Below are positions 24,080-33,920 of a stretch of DNA of 34,446 nucleotides, piece after piece. The translations under genes were made by a program, and so were the position numbers. Numbering within the stretch: the first letter of the stretch is position 1; every line of letters starts with the position of its first letter. Below the pieces are notes generated by a model that saw only the letters and a program-made list of their open reading frames with translations, was not told the DNA's origin and made no database searches. Source of the DNA: Bipalium vagum (Eukaryota); the NCBI GenBank assembly GCA_037834085.1, contig JBBMKC010217243.1, positions 1-34,446 of the forward strand. Direction: 5' to 3'.

Positions 24080-24223
24080 ACACAGTGATGATGCCTTTGA
24101 ACATATTATGTGTTAAAATAAACATTTAATGTTTAATGTGCTGCTGTTGTAATAAATAAATAAAACAGAAATAAGTCATCCTTGAAATATTTTTGTAGAA
24201 ATAAAATATTCACACAAATATTA

Positions 24224-25000
24224 TGAGGATCAACAACTTTAGGGGATTGAAAATATTCTTCATTTTTTATAGATGAAATAAGTATTTAAAGGTAACATTT
24301 ATGTAAATATAATTAATTTTTATGAAAACCAAAAGTAATCGGTATACAAAAAATGTGCCATTTGCGATGGGTTTTGCACCAATCCTCAAAAAATATGGTG
24401 TCAAAGAAGAAACAAACAACTGTTTCCCACTCTTCTTTTGTTACAAATTATCGACCCCTAAAATTTTTAAAAAGATTTTTGAAGAGACAAAATTCACAGG
24501 GATATAAGTCTGGACTATAAGGAGGGTGTTGAAGCAACTCGACTCCCTTACCATTCAAATATTTGATTGTTAGTGAAGATTTATGATGACGAGGATTATC
24601 GTGGTACAGAATCATTTTCTTTACACAACACTTTTGACGGCTCTCAGAAATTTCTGCATTGCTTCTAGGAAAACAGATAAGCCGGATCTTGTATTTGATA
24701 TGGTGTGAAAGTTTGAGGTACCACATGTCTGGCATGCAGGCATTTAAGTAGAATATTGTGGATTCAATCTCCTTAGATTTTCAGCACGTCTGCTATTGGA
24801 TTTATAGTGAAACTGGGTCTTTGTTGGTCATATCTCAATCTGCATTCATATTTTCATCAGTAGTAACATTTGCTTGGCGACTCGAGCGCTGAAGATCACC
24901 AAAAGATGTTCTAAAGGTTAAAAACTTGGTAAGGATTGTGAGGATTTCGCAAAAATTAAATATAATACCTATTTCATCCATTATGAATTTTAATAATTAT
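24224..25000 (-). mobile_element. Degenerate mariner transposon
   Basis: ORF 24448-24735 has ILYHDNPRHH...VELLQHPPYSPDLYPCEFCLF. An N-terminal relic (DLQRSSRQANVTTDEN) lies at 24850-24900, and an end-like TA|TGAGG at 24222. Confidence 0.88.
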
Positions 25001-25976
25001 AAATAGTAAGAAAAATATGGTACCAATACTTTAAAAATTACTTCTTTATTTAATATTTTAATTGATTTCATTCAACAAATATTAATATAAGCAAATTGAA
25101 CCATGGATGATGAAAGGCTAAAGTGTTTTCAATGATGCTACTACTATTAATAAACCATTTATAGTTTATAATAAACTGATAAAATAATTCTGTTTTTATT
25201 TAATGAGATACATTTATCGGACAAGAATTTTTAAAAATTTTAATAATTAAATTAGACGAAAATCAACATATTTTAATAATAGAAATATAAGCCTTTATTT
25301 GAAAATATCATCAAGATATTATAAAAGCCATTTTGGCGCTTCTAATTTTAATTACAATTTTATTGTATATTATTTAATATTAATAAATTTTTTTTTATAT
25401 TAAAATAGTTCTAAGTTAAAATTCAGACAAAATTTTTAAATTGCCACAATAATTTCTTTAATGTTAATAAAATACTCATCTTGTGGTTTAAAAAACATTT
25501 TCAGTTAACAACATTTTATTTTAAAAATATATTTTTTATCTTATAAATTTTTATAATTAAATATTAAATTGGGATGAATTAAGAAGTTTTTTTTCATATT
25601 TTAAAAGATTAATTATAAATCTTAACAAATTTATTTAACCCAACACCTTTATTTTAAAATCATTAATAAAAGTTATAATTTTAAAAATTATTTAATCAAA
25701 TTATTCACAATTTCTCCTTTAAAAAATTTTTGATGTTGTTACCTTTTGCTTAATATATTTAAATATGTTTCAGTATTTTTTATTTAATAAGAAATTTTAA
25801 TATTTTTAAATAATTAAATTTTATTTGATTAAATTTGACGTTAATATTCCTTAATTCCAAAAATGATTAAATTTTTAAAATTATTTTATACGGAAAAGTA
25901 GTATTAAGAAATTTATATCCAATTTAATATTTTTACCCAATTAAATTCCAGTAAATTAAAATTATTAATGTGTTAT

Positions 25977-25989
25977 TGATTGGTCTAAA
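25977..25989. promoter_or_regulatory. Putative inverted CCAAT (NF-Y) box upstream of the HTH gene
   Basis: TGATTGGTCT (reverse complement AGACCAATCA) matches the RRCCAATSR consensus, about 40 bp before the ATG at 26024. Confidence 0.4.
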
Positions 25990-26023
25990 AAGAAATGTTA
26001 AGAAAACAAAGTAAGCTAAATAA

Positions 26024-26713
26024 ATGGAAGCAAATGATAGTAAAGTCACATCGGAACAAAATCTTTTTGTAAGAAAGACGTCAGATGAGAAATTGAGAGC
26101 AATTGAAATGTATGAGAGTGGATCATCATTAAGTGAAGTTGCACGACGTTTTAAAGTAACTCCACAATTATTAAATTACTGGATAAAGAGAAAAGATGTG
26201 ATCAGAAATGGCAAAAACAATAGTTTTAATAAAACTGAAAAAAACAACACAGTGAGAAAATCCTCTGTAAAAGGCTCAAAGAAGTTAAAAAAAGAAATAA
26301 AAGTCAACAATACTGAAATGGATCAGAGATCGGCAAATCTCATACATCAGACGCCAGAAAACTGTGACTTACAAATGTCAAGCAGAGATAATATAGACGA
26401 CAATTCGGATATCTCAAGGTTAAGGGGTAGTCCAAGTTTTAGCAGCCAAAAACAAAATAAAACTGCTAATAGTAAAAACGCTCTGGAGGTAGACTTTTTG
26501 AAAAAGTATTTGTATGAACGAGAATTCAGCCACATGAGTAAAATTATGAAAATATATTATGAGAGGTCAATTGACCTAAACAGTGCTGTCAAAAAGTCCG
26601 AAAAAACTTCTGAAAAAATGGATGAGGTCATGAGCGTTATAAACAGTGATTATTTTGCACAAATATCTGAAAAATATTATTGTTTCAAGAAAATGTTTTC
26701 GAAGGACAAATAA
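26024..26713 (+). CDS. Intronless protein with an N-terminal psq/CENP-B-type HTH DNA-binding domain (229 aa)
   Basis: Intact ORF with AATAAA at 26725. RKTSDEKLRAIEMYESGSSLSEVARRFKVTPQLLNYWIKRK is a tri-helical HTH. A Lys/Ser/Asn-rich linker and a helical C-terminus follow. No DDE domain. Confidence 0.8.
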   Translation: MEANDSKVTSEQNLFVRKTSDEKLRAIEMYESGSSLSEVARRFKVTPQLLNYWIKRKDVIRNGKNNSFNKTEKNNTVRKSSVKGSKKLKKEIKVNNTEMDQRSANLIHQTPENCDLQMSSRDNIDDNSDISRLRGSPSFSSQKQNKTANSKNALEVDFLKKYLYEREFSHMSKIMKIYYERSIDLNSAVKKSEKTSEKMDEVMSVINSDYFAQISEKYYCFKKMFSKDK

Positions 26714-27022
26714 GCATTTTGTTTAATAAAAATTATGTTGTAATATTTAGTGTTTATTTATGATAATTTTATGTTTTGACTATTTTTAATGACTTTTTGC
26801 AATATTACCTATTTAACAATAAGAACATGTTTTTGTTGTTAACATCGATAATTATTAAGTATTTTATTAGCAGTTTATTTTATAAATCAATCAGATAGTA
26901 AGAGAACTTGATCAAGCAAAATATTGTAAAATATTACAGTAAGCATTCTTATAAACTTAAGCCTGATAATAATTTAAGATAATAAAAATAAAAATAAATA
27001 AATTTCGATAACTAGTTGACTT

Positions 27023-27245
27023 TAAGCTTGTGAATAGTGAAGATTGCATAGTTTTGGATACAGTATTCTAAAACTATCCGGCGTTTTGAAGATGAGGTCC
27101 TCAACCTCGACCAATAGGCAGTTTGGAATCACTGGATCAATACCACCAACAGTCGGTTCGTATCCATACTTATGCCTAATTCACATAATAAGTTTTAAAT
27201 TTACCTTTTCCTGGAACTTTGCTGAAGATTTCTAACTTTTAAACT
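27023..27245 (-). CDS. Terminal exon(s) of an unidentified gene
   Basis: Higher-GC stop-free block (R)HKYGYEPTVGGIDPVIPNCLLVEVEDLIFKTPDSFRILYPKLCNLHYSQA* after an AATTAG acceptor (27176). A possible 29 bp intron (27204-27176, GTAAAT donor) keeps the frame with upstream NLQQSSRK. The start is not established. Confidence 0.45.
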
Positions 27246-27607
27246 AATTTCATTTTTTATTGTGACAGGAATAACGTTTTAACTTAAATTAAAATCACTT
27301 AAAATTTTTAAAAATGATTTTTTCTTATTTTTTAGAGAACAGAATTGTTTTAATTATTCTTCTCAACTGTGGATATATTTTAAATAAATTCTGAAGAATA
27401 AAAAATACATTTTTATAAATAAGGCCAAATTTTTAGGGACCAATTTCTATATAGCAAAACATCATACTCCCCGAAATAAAGGGCAATAATTTTATGAATC
27501 TTCATTGTTTCAAAATTATTTAAATAATAATTAATAATAATAAAATGAATTAAGTAATCTCATTAAATAACCAAGAAAGTTCCAAAATTCGTCAACATCT
27601 ACAACAG

Positions 27608-27667
27608 CACAACCCCTGTTGTTAAGGGCATCCCGTTTAAAAGACATTTTAACGGTGTTTGACTATA
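27608..27667. mobile_element. Second, more decayed copy of the DNA-transposon end at 23000-23084
   Basis: CACAACCCCTGTTGTTAAGGGCA...GACATTTT...AACGGTGTTTGACTATA aligns with CACAATCCCCGTTGTTAAGGGCA...GACATTTT...AACGGGATTTAACTGTA. Confidence 0.6.
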
Positions 27668-27916
27668 TGTAAAACTATTTTTATCATAAGTAACATTTAA
27701 TTAATCAGGTAAAAATAATTATTAAAATAAATATAGAATAATATTTAACTAAAAATTAACTAGATATTAAATTATTTTTATTTTTATAAAATTTTAAAAA
27801 TTATATATTGAAAATTATAATAATTAAGATATTAATATATTTCATAAATAAAATCTATTATTGTAAATAAACTATATCGATTATTAATTAATTATTTTTA
27901 TTAATATAGAATTAGT

Positions 27917-28723
27917 GTGATGAAATTTCTAATTGATATCAAGTTATACCCAAAGTACATAGTTCCCAAAAGAAACTTTTATATTGATATTAATCCCATT
28001 TACTCAAACTGGACGAACTCTAGCTTGTTTTGGCTTGAAACTATTCTTCGACTATATGTTTATTATTACCCTCTCCTTAGGAAGTTGATAACTAAGAATA
28101 GCGACTTTCAAATCATTCACAATTCGGAAAAACCCTATTTCCGAATTTTTGGTATTTTGCAAGATTATGAAGAATTACAGAAACTTGAATTAGGATACAA
28201 AGACGATTTAGGAAATAGATTTGAATGGTCATGGTTTGTTATGGAAAACTCTATAGGCCACATGAATATAAAGTGGGAGCACGTCAATATCAGAAAGAAA
28301 TCGATGCAAACAGCTTTTGTGAACGACGAAATTAAAATAATCTGTATTGTAATTGGTGGTCAATCAGATAACTACCTCAACTTAAGCTTACCAAAAGGAA
28401 CCGAGATAATCTACGAAGAACGATCAATTAATATCCCAAATTATCGAACTGTATTTGTGAAATTGTCGAAACCTCTATATCGAAAATCTGTCAATTGCTC
28501 TTCTACAATTGGAACGGAATCAAGAGTAAATTGGGACATACTAAAATTCCGAACATATGATTTTGAATATAAAAGACCATACAGCAACTTATCATTTCAC
28601 CTCAAGTTATTTGGATTGATTGTCCTCTATATATCAATAGTGTCGCTCATTGCATACTTTTACTTTTTAAAGAAGCGGGAAATAAAAAAAAGATATATTA
28701 AGGATTTACCAAATCAATATTAA
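27917..28723 (+). CDS. Single-pass membrane protein with a membrane-proximal Ig-like domain
   Basis: 807 bp open frame in AT-rich DNA. IKIICIVIGGQSDNYLNL...SVNCSS resembles a C2-set Ig domain (C-x3-GG, second Cys ~50 aa later). TM LFGLIVLYISIVSLIAYFYFL followed by KKR. No signal peptide, and a TTAG acceptor at 27912-27915 suggests an upstream exon may exist. Confidence 0.7.
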   Translation: MMKFLIDIKLYPKYIVPKRNFYIDINPIYSNWTNSSLFWLETILRLYVYYYPLLRKLITKNSDFQIIHNSEKPYFRIFGILQDYEELQKLELGYKDDLGNRFEWSWFVMENSIGHMNIKWEHVNIRKKSMQTAFVNDEIKIICIVIGGQSDNYLNLSLPKGTEIIYEERSINIPNYRTVFVKLSKPLYRKSVNCSSTIGTESRVNWDILKFRTYDFEYKRPYSNLSFHLKLFGLIVLYISIVSLIAYFYFLKKREIKKRYIKDLPNQY

Positions 28724-29052
28724 CAGACATTAAGACTCCATTTGATAAGTAACAGATAATATGGAAAACATGTTAAGATTATTTTACTTACGAAAACCAA
28801 GAAAGTTTTCTGAAAGCATTAACGTGGAAACAGTAACATAATAACATAATGAAAAAATTACAAGAAAAAATTGTTTTTTAATGTATAAAAAGTCTAAAAA
28901 TTAAAATACTATACTATATGTTTCTAAATATGAATTTCATGATACTATTAAAAACCATTATATTTTCAATATATTATTATATATCGCAAGCTGTCTTTTA
29001 TAACTAAAAATAATATCATTCTTCTGGATAATAAAATTTTAATAATAATTTA

Positions 29053-29490
29053 ATTACTGGTCCACGTACAACAGCTTGAAATCTTTTGAAAGATAGTGGA
29101 GAAGACTGAGGAAAAATGAGAAAGACTAAGGGAAGATAAAGGGATGAAGGAGAATTTCAAGAGATTTCTGGAAATATATAAAATGCTGCCAGTAGATTTT
29201 GATGACACCGACAACGAAATTGATCTTATCACAGGAAAGGAATATTAAAAGAAGCACCAAAGGCAGCTAATAGTCATCAGGAGGTAACCACGAATTTCAA
29301 AAAGAAAGTGACAATTCACGGTTCACCAAGTCATGATGTTACAAAATGGAAACGAGAAGTAGTACCAACAGTAAGGTTGGAAGACATAATATCAGAGGAT
29401 GATATCGTTGTCTTAACAGAACCGAAAACTTTGAAAAGATCATCAGAACTTTTTCAAACAAAATGTCACAATGAGAATTTATCATTTTAA
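29053..29490 (+). pseudogene. Decayed orphan coding fragment (charged/coiled)
   Basis: LLVHVQQLEIF*KIVEKTEEK*ERLREDKGMKENFKRFLEIYKMLPVDFDDTDNEIDLITGKE, then a frameshift into ILKEAPKAANSH...NLSF*. Purine-rich and codon-like, with two TGA stops and one frameshift. Confidence 0.45.
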
Positions 29491-29623
29491 AAATCTTTTA
29501 CTTCTGAAATTGACAATTTGATTGAATTGAACACATTACTGAATTTATTATTACTAATAATACATTAGTATAAGTAAATAAGTTCATAGTGATATTATTA
29601 ATAATACATGTAATTTTTAAAGG

Positions 29624-29888
29624 TTATTTTTCCTTAGTCTTTTTTTTCTTTTTTGGGTTTTTCTTTTTGAGTTTAGATTCAACAAATTGGTAAGCCTGCT
29701 TTTTCAACAAGCTACGGGTTGGAACATCATTTTCATCTTCTCCACTTTCCTGATCTTCCTCATCTATACTTTTGATCAATATACCTAATTAATTTTAAAA
29801 CAAAGTAACCATGGAAATCTTTTATCTGCTGACTTAAAACTATTCTTGTATTATGCGCTGGAATATTTTTTAAAACAGTGCTCTGGAA
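29624..29888 (-). CDS. CCDC151: Last two exons of outer dynein arm docking complex subunit CCDC151/ODAD3
   Basis: Exons 29888-29810 and 29763-29624 with a 46 bp phase-1 intron give FQSTVLKNIPAHNTRIVLSQQIKDFHDEEDQESGEDENDVPTRSLLKKQAYQFVESKLKKKNPKKKKKTKEK*. This matches the remembered CCDC151 C-terminus: P.YNTRI.L, an acidic tract, V.TR..LK..Q...ES and a basic tail. Upstream exons were not found in the window. Confidence 0.8.
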
Positions 29889-31362
29889 CTAAATGTAAAG
29901 TGTCTTCAAACTTTTTGTAAATTTACCAAACAGTTCTACCAAAGAAAAATATCAGTTCTTAAAATAATAAAAATCTATGCCAACATTTTTTTGTTGAAAA
30001 TCATTAAATAAGAAATATTGAAAGAAAATAGTGAATAAGTTTTAAGAGTTTCTGTTTTTAACAGATTAATGATGTTCATTTAACTTTTTACATAATAACA
30101 TTTGATACTTTTTTATTAATTGAATGAAGTTTGAATTTCATTGTTTTCTATGATTTTTCTATTCTTGATTTCCAAATTTGACTGAAATATGATATTGAGA
30201 TGGCATCTGAATGTATTATGGTCTCTGATTTCTAACTTTATGAAATCAAATTAAGAGAAACAATCTCAGTTAATATTTCTTGCAAACAAACATCGGAAAT
30301 AAAAACTGCAGACATTTGCATTAAGACTTTTTTCAACTTAATAACATTGGTTTACAAATTTAATTTTTTTGACAACGGAGATAAAATTAGATAGAATTTT
30401 GGGTCGCTAATCACAAATCTCCAAAACATTTTACCTTAGCACACCAGATTTAGCCAAAAAACTAAATTTAAAGAAAACAACCAAAAAACTTAATTAAAAC
30501 AAATTATTTTATTTACAAATGGAAATTTTTTCATTAAAATTTTCTTATGATGATGTTCCTTTGAAGTACTACAGCGTAAGGACCATTAGTAATCCACCAT
30601 GATGCTGAAATTCCATTTGCTATGAAATCTGCTCTTCACATTGGCAATGTCCTGGTGGATATTTTGCTCTAGTCTTCACTATAATATCCAAGATGTGCTA
30701 GAAAAATTATCAAGATTTGAGTCTAAAAACTGAAATTTTATACTTATTCGGCAACCTAGGACTTGAAAGTTTATGATCAACTTATATATTATCTTTCCAT
30801 AAAAAATATGCACAACTTCAACTAATGAATTCCAAGTATTAAATTCCACTGGTGTCATTTTTGAAGGATATTCTTTCTTTAATCATTTTTCGAATTTGAG
30901 GAAATATGAATATGAGGAAATATATTTCACTAATTTTTGGAAATTTTGTGGCAAGGTATTAAAATCTTTACAAACGTCTTCCTTAAGCCTAACTTGGTAT
31001 GTAGTAATGGTAGCAAAATGTTTTTGGGATCCATTAAAGGCATTGCTTTAAGACTGCGCCTTCCAAGTGTAAATTAGTTTCGCATTTCCCACTCTTCTCT
31101 GTTGTAATGTTCAGAGCTTGCTCAACTGCCCCACAAAAAAATAAACAAGAGAACTTTGAATGTCCGCTTTAAAGACCAAGCATAACAGCAATGACTTTCA
31201 AATCCCCACAGATTAGCTATTTATATTGGTTGTAAATATACGCAAAAATAAATTGCCGTCAGTAATGCTAGTTTAAAATTAAACTTTCTGGACCTGAAAA
31301 TATTTTTTCAGCATTTTTTTTTGTTTATGAAACTGCAGAAAATTCTTTTTTATATTACTTAG

Positions 31363-31389
31363 AATAATAATAATAATAATAATAATAAT
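31363..31389 (+). repeat. (AAT)9 microsatellite
   Basis: Nine perfect AAT units read directly. Confidence 0.95.
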
Positions 31390-31399
31390 ACAATTTAGA

Positions 31400-32260
31400 G
31401 AATATATGGAGAATAATATTAAATTTTAATGATTTCTAGAACGATAAATAGGAGTCTCGGCATCGAGACTTTGATTTATCGAACTTAAAAATTTTTAATA
31501 ATAAACTAAACTCTGTCTGAGTTTTTTGTTGACTTAATGTATCCTTTTGTCTAACTTTGTCTCGGCGTGGAGACAGAGTTATAAATTATGGGATATTGTT
31601 GGAAATCACAGTCTCGAGACATGGGGATTGGTGATCGTAGCCCAATCGAGACAGCTATATAAAGAGATGGCTATTTCTATCAATTTGCCTAAATGAAATT
31701 AACAAAAGTTTACAACAGCGACAGATTCGACAACGACAGTGAACAAGTAATTCGAGTCGATTCCAACTCCAAAGACGACTATTCACAAATTCTTATTCCA
31801 GGTTTTTGCAAGTGGATATCTCAATGCAAAAGGACTTATCAAGGGAGTCCAGTGAGCTTGAAAACACCTATGCGACCTGCAAAGGGCCTATAGGGCCACC
31901 CGTGGACCCCTTGTCGCTCTTGGTGAGATCGTTTATTAATTCGAAACCTTATCTTTAGTGATCATCTCTTTTATTTCTCTCTTTATAATTAGTAATTGAA
32001 TTTTTATCATTATTTTGACGTGACTATTATTTGACATTTTGATTAACGGATTTATTATTGTTAATTATTGGGGTGATTTACAGAATTAATTTTTGTTGTT
32101 ATATCTAGAGGTGATTGTTCTACAATAAAGTTTTATCGTGAGAGTTTTGATTCAGTTCTCAGGGTGGTGTATTGAGTATAATTGTTGGTGTTTTGATTCA
32201 GTAGATAAGCTTTTATTGAGAGGAATTTTATTCAAATTGAGTGTAACCGAATAACGAACA
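31400..32260 (+). mobile_element. LTR-like segment nested within the Chapaev3-like element
   Basis: Hairpin cluster, CCAAT (31642), TATATAAA (31656), AATAAA (32124) followed by GT-rich sequence, direct repeat GTTTTGATTCAGT (32144 and 32190) and an ...ACA end at 32260-32261. No second LTR or TSD was found. Confidence 0.4.
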
Positions 32261-32283
32261 CAAAATTGAAAAAGTGAGGACTT

Positions 32284-32782
32284 ATGGGTAGACCAGCGCA
32301 TGTTACTGTGTCAAGGTATAATAGTAACAGATCATTATTGAATTACTGATTAGCAAATCATATATTTTAGAAATGAGTTCTACCCTAATGGCACTCAAAA
32401 ATCTTTACTAAAAAGATCATCGAAATGTCATGTCTGGGCGAACTGTCCGCTGGAATTTGAAGAAACTTCTATGACTGATTTTTGAGCATCGAAAAAAGGT
32501 GGTAGACTTATGAAATCCAATGAAATACAAAGATTGACAACTTTAGCCAGAAATCGAATAACCACATCCTACTATGACCTACAATTTGAATTTGTAAATA
32601 TAGAATGTCCACCAGTTTCTCCCATAACAGTTCTCGAATATTTGCATCAACACTTTTAACGCCGCTTCACAAGACAAGACGAGTTGGTTGATGCAAACAT
32701 CATACTTTTACCAGGTGGAATCGATGGTGGTTTAGCGATGATTTTGACTATTTGAGATATTTTACTTTGTGTTATTGTGTAA
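32284..32782 (+). pseudogene. Spliced orphan ORF relic within the nested insert
   Basis: ATG at 32284; a 55 bp phase-2 intron (32316-32370, GTATAA...TTTTAG) joins MGRPAHVTVSR to NEFYPNGTQKSLLKR.... About 145 codons in one frame with three internal stops and no frameshift. Confidence 0.45.
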
Positions 32783-33684
32783 TTACTTTTGTATTTGTGA
32801 TTGAAAGAATAAAATTTTATTGTAGTCGTTTGATTCAATTGTTTGCGAATACGTTATTCACAGAAGTGACAGGGTTAGTAAAGATACGAGCTAAAATTAC
32901 AAATAGTTTCAATATTTCAAAATAAAAGTGTAACCCATATGAAATCAGTCCAGAAATGTCACAGCAATATACCAATTCATCATTAGTTTTAAAGATTTTG
33001 TAAAATTCTAGATCAAGATATCAAAGTACTGGCAACCAATAAGTTTATTTCTTATATTCTTCAAGCCAACTACTCAATTGACACTTGGTATATTTAAAAA
33101 GGTCGTAAAGCTCGTCTTGTGAAAGTAACTTTGGTTATTTGTCTTCATCGAGATTGTATAATTACTGTTATTGTCATTCTCTGAAATTTCAGAAATCTTC
33201 AGAGTTTGTATAGGAAGATGCTTATTTGTATGCTTATCAGGTAAGCAGAGCTGGGGGAATAATTGGATATTTTATCTTTTATTTTGTTTTCTTGTTTATA
33301 CCTTTTATCTTAGTGATACATTAATAATAGTCCTTGTATGATTAGTGGATTCTCTCCAGATCATCGGCATGACAAACGGCATACCACTTTATCAAGGATG
33401 TAACACAAGTAATATAAATTATGTGATGGTCCAGTTCTTGTCTTGTTCTTCAACTTTACATCCAAAAAAACATGATTTATTTTTAATTTTCATTGATAAT
33501 TGATTTTCTCTGACCAATGATCGTAAAACATCGAAAAGAATAACTGAAAAATGTTTTTAAAAATGTATTACATATAAACAGAATTCAAAAAATTTTATTG
33601 AGTAATATTAAAATTTTCATAATTTTAATTTTGTATTATTTCACGATCCTGGGGTGCTACAAATGTAATTTATATAACCACCAC

Positions 33685-33714
33685 CCCGATGCAAAATTGT
33701 TGAAGACCACTGTA
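33685..33714. mobile_element. Tc1-like terminal inverted repeat (orphan right end)
   Basis: The reverse complement reads TA|CAGTGGTCTTCAACAATTTTGCATCGGGG. Confidence 0.5.
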
Positions 33715-33744
33715 TTTAAAATTAATTTTATGTTTAAATTAAAT

Positions 33745-33920
33745 TTAATCCAATAAATATCTGTAATTAAAGAAACCAAGAATTATTACCTCGGTATAAT
33801 TTTCCAATATCTAAATATAAAATATCTTGTCAAAATGTGTAAAATGGATTTAATAAATAGAAATTAATGTGCAATGGCCAATTGTCATTAATATCAGTAA
33901 CGATGACTAAAATATTTGAA
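33745..33920 (-). pseudogene. Possible decayed cadherin-repeat fragment
   Basis: NILVIVTDINDNWP (33875-33916) matches the cadherin V.V.D.NDN.P calcium-binding linker. A nearby frame gives ILENYTEVIILG. Flanked by stops. Confidence 0.35.

Larger units (their letters stand above)
30345..33560 (-). mobile_element. Degenerate Chapaev3-like (CMC superfamily) DNA transposon, split by an insertion
   Basis: N-terminal part 33250-33540: FFGCKVEEQDKNW, GMPFVMPMIWRE, IKYP. 32900-33000: ELVYCCDISGL. C-terminal part 30570-31290: ICGDLKVIAVMLGL, QIRKMIK, LGCRISIK.QF, HQDIA. CATTGG.. terminus at 30345. The family name comes from remembered motifs. Confidence 0.75.

Noticed and set aside
13145-24507. ORFs 13145-13372, 14714-14917, 16407-16610, 19448-19645, 22114-22311, 23940-24125 and 24322-24507
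   Set aside because: They are antisense shadows of transposase, RT or lectin coding sequence.
29990-30340. KQKLLKLIH as an upstream CCDC151 exon
   Set aside because: It is flanked by in-frame stops, has no compatible donor and the similarity is too short.
31845-31920. Hammerhead or HDV-like ribozyme
   Set aside because: There is no intact CTGANGA/GAAA core with correct stems (only CCAGTGAG...GAAAAC), and no HDV nested pseudoknot could be traced.
9960-32782. Alternative genetic code or stop read-through suggested by frames containing only TAA/TAG/TGA interruptions
   Set aside because: Intact genes have no internal stops over more than 1000 codons and end in TAA or TGA followed by AATAAA. 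All three stop types and frameshifts occur in the relics, as expected for neutral decay.
33509-33519. CATTGGT match to the Chapaev end at 30345 as the second TIR
   Set aside because: It lies within the transposase N-terminal coding relic (FTIIGQRKSII), so it is probably coincidental.
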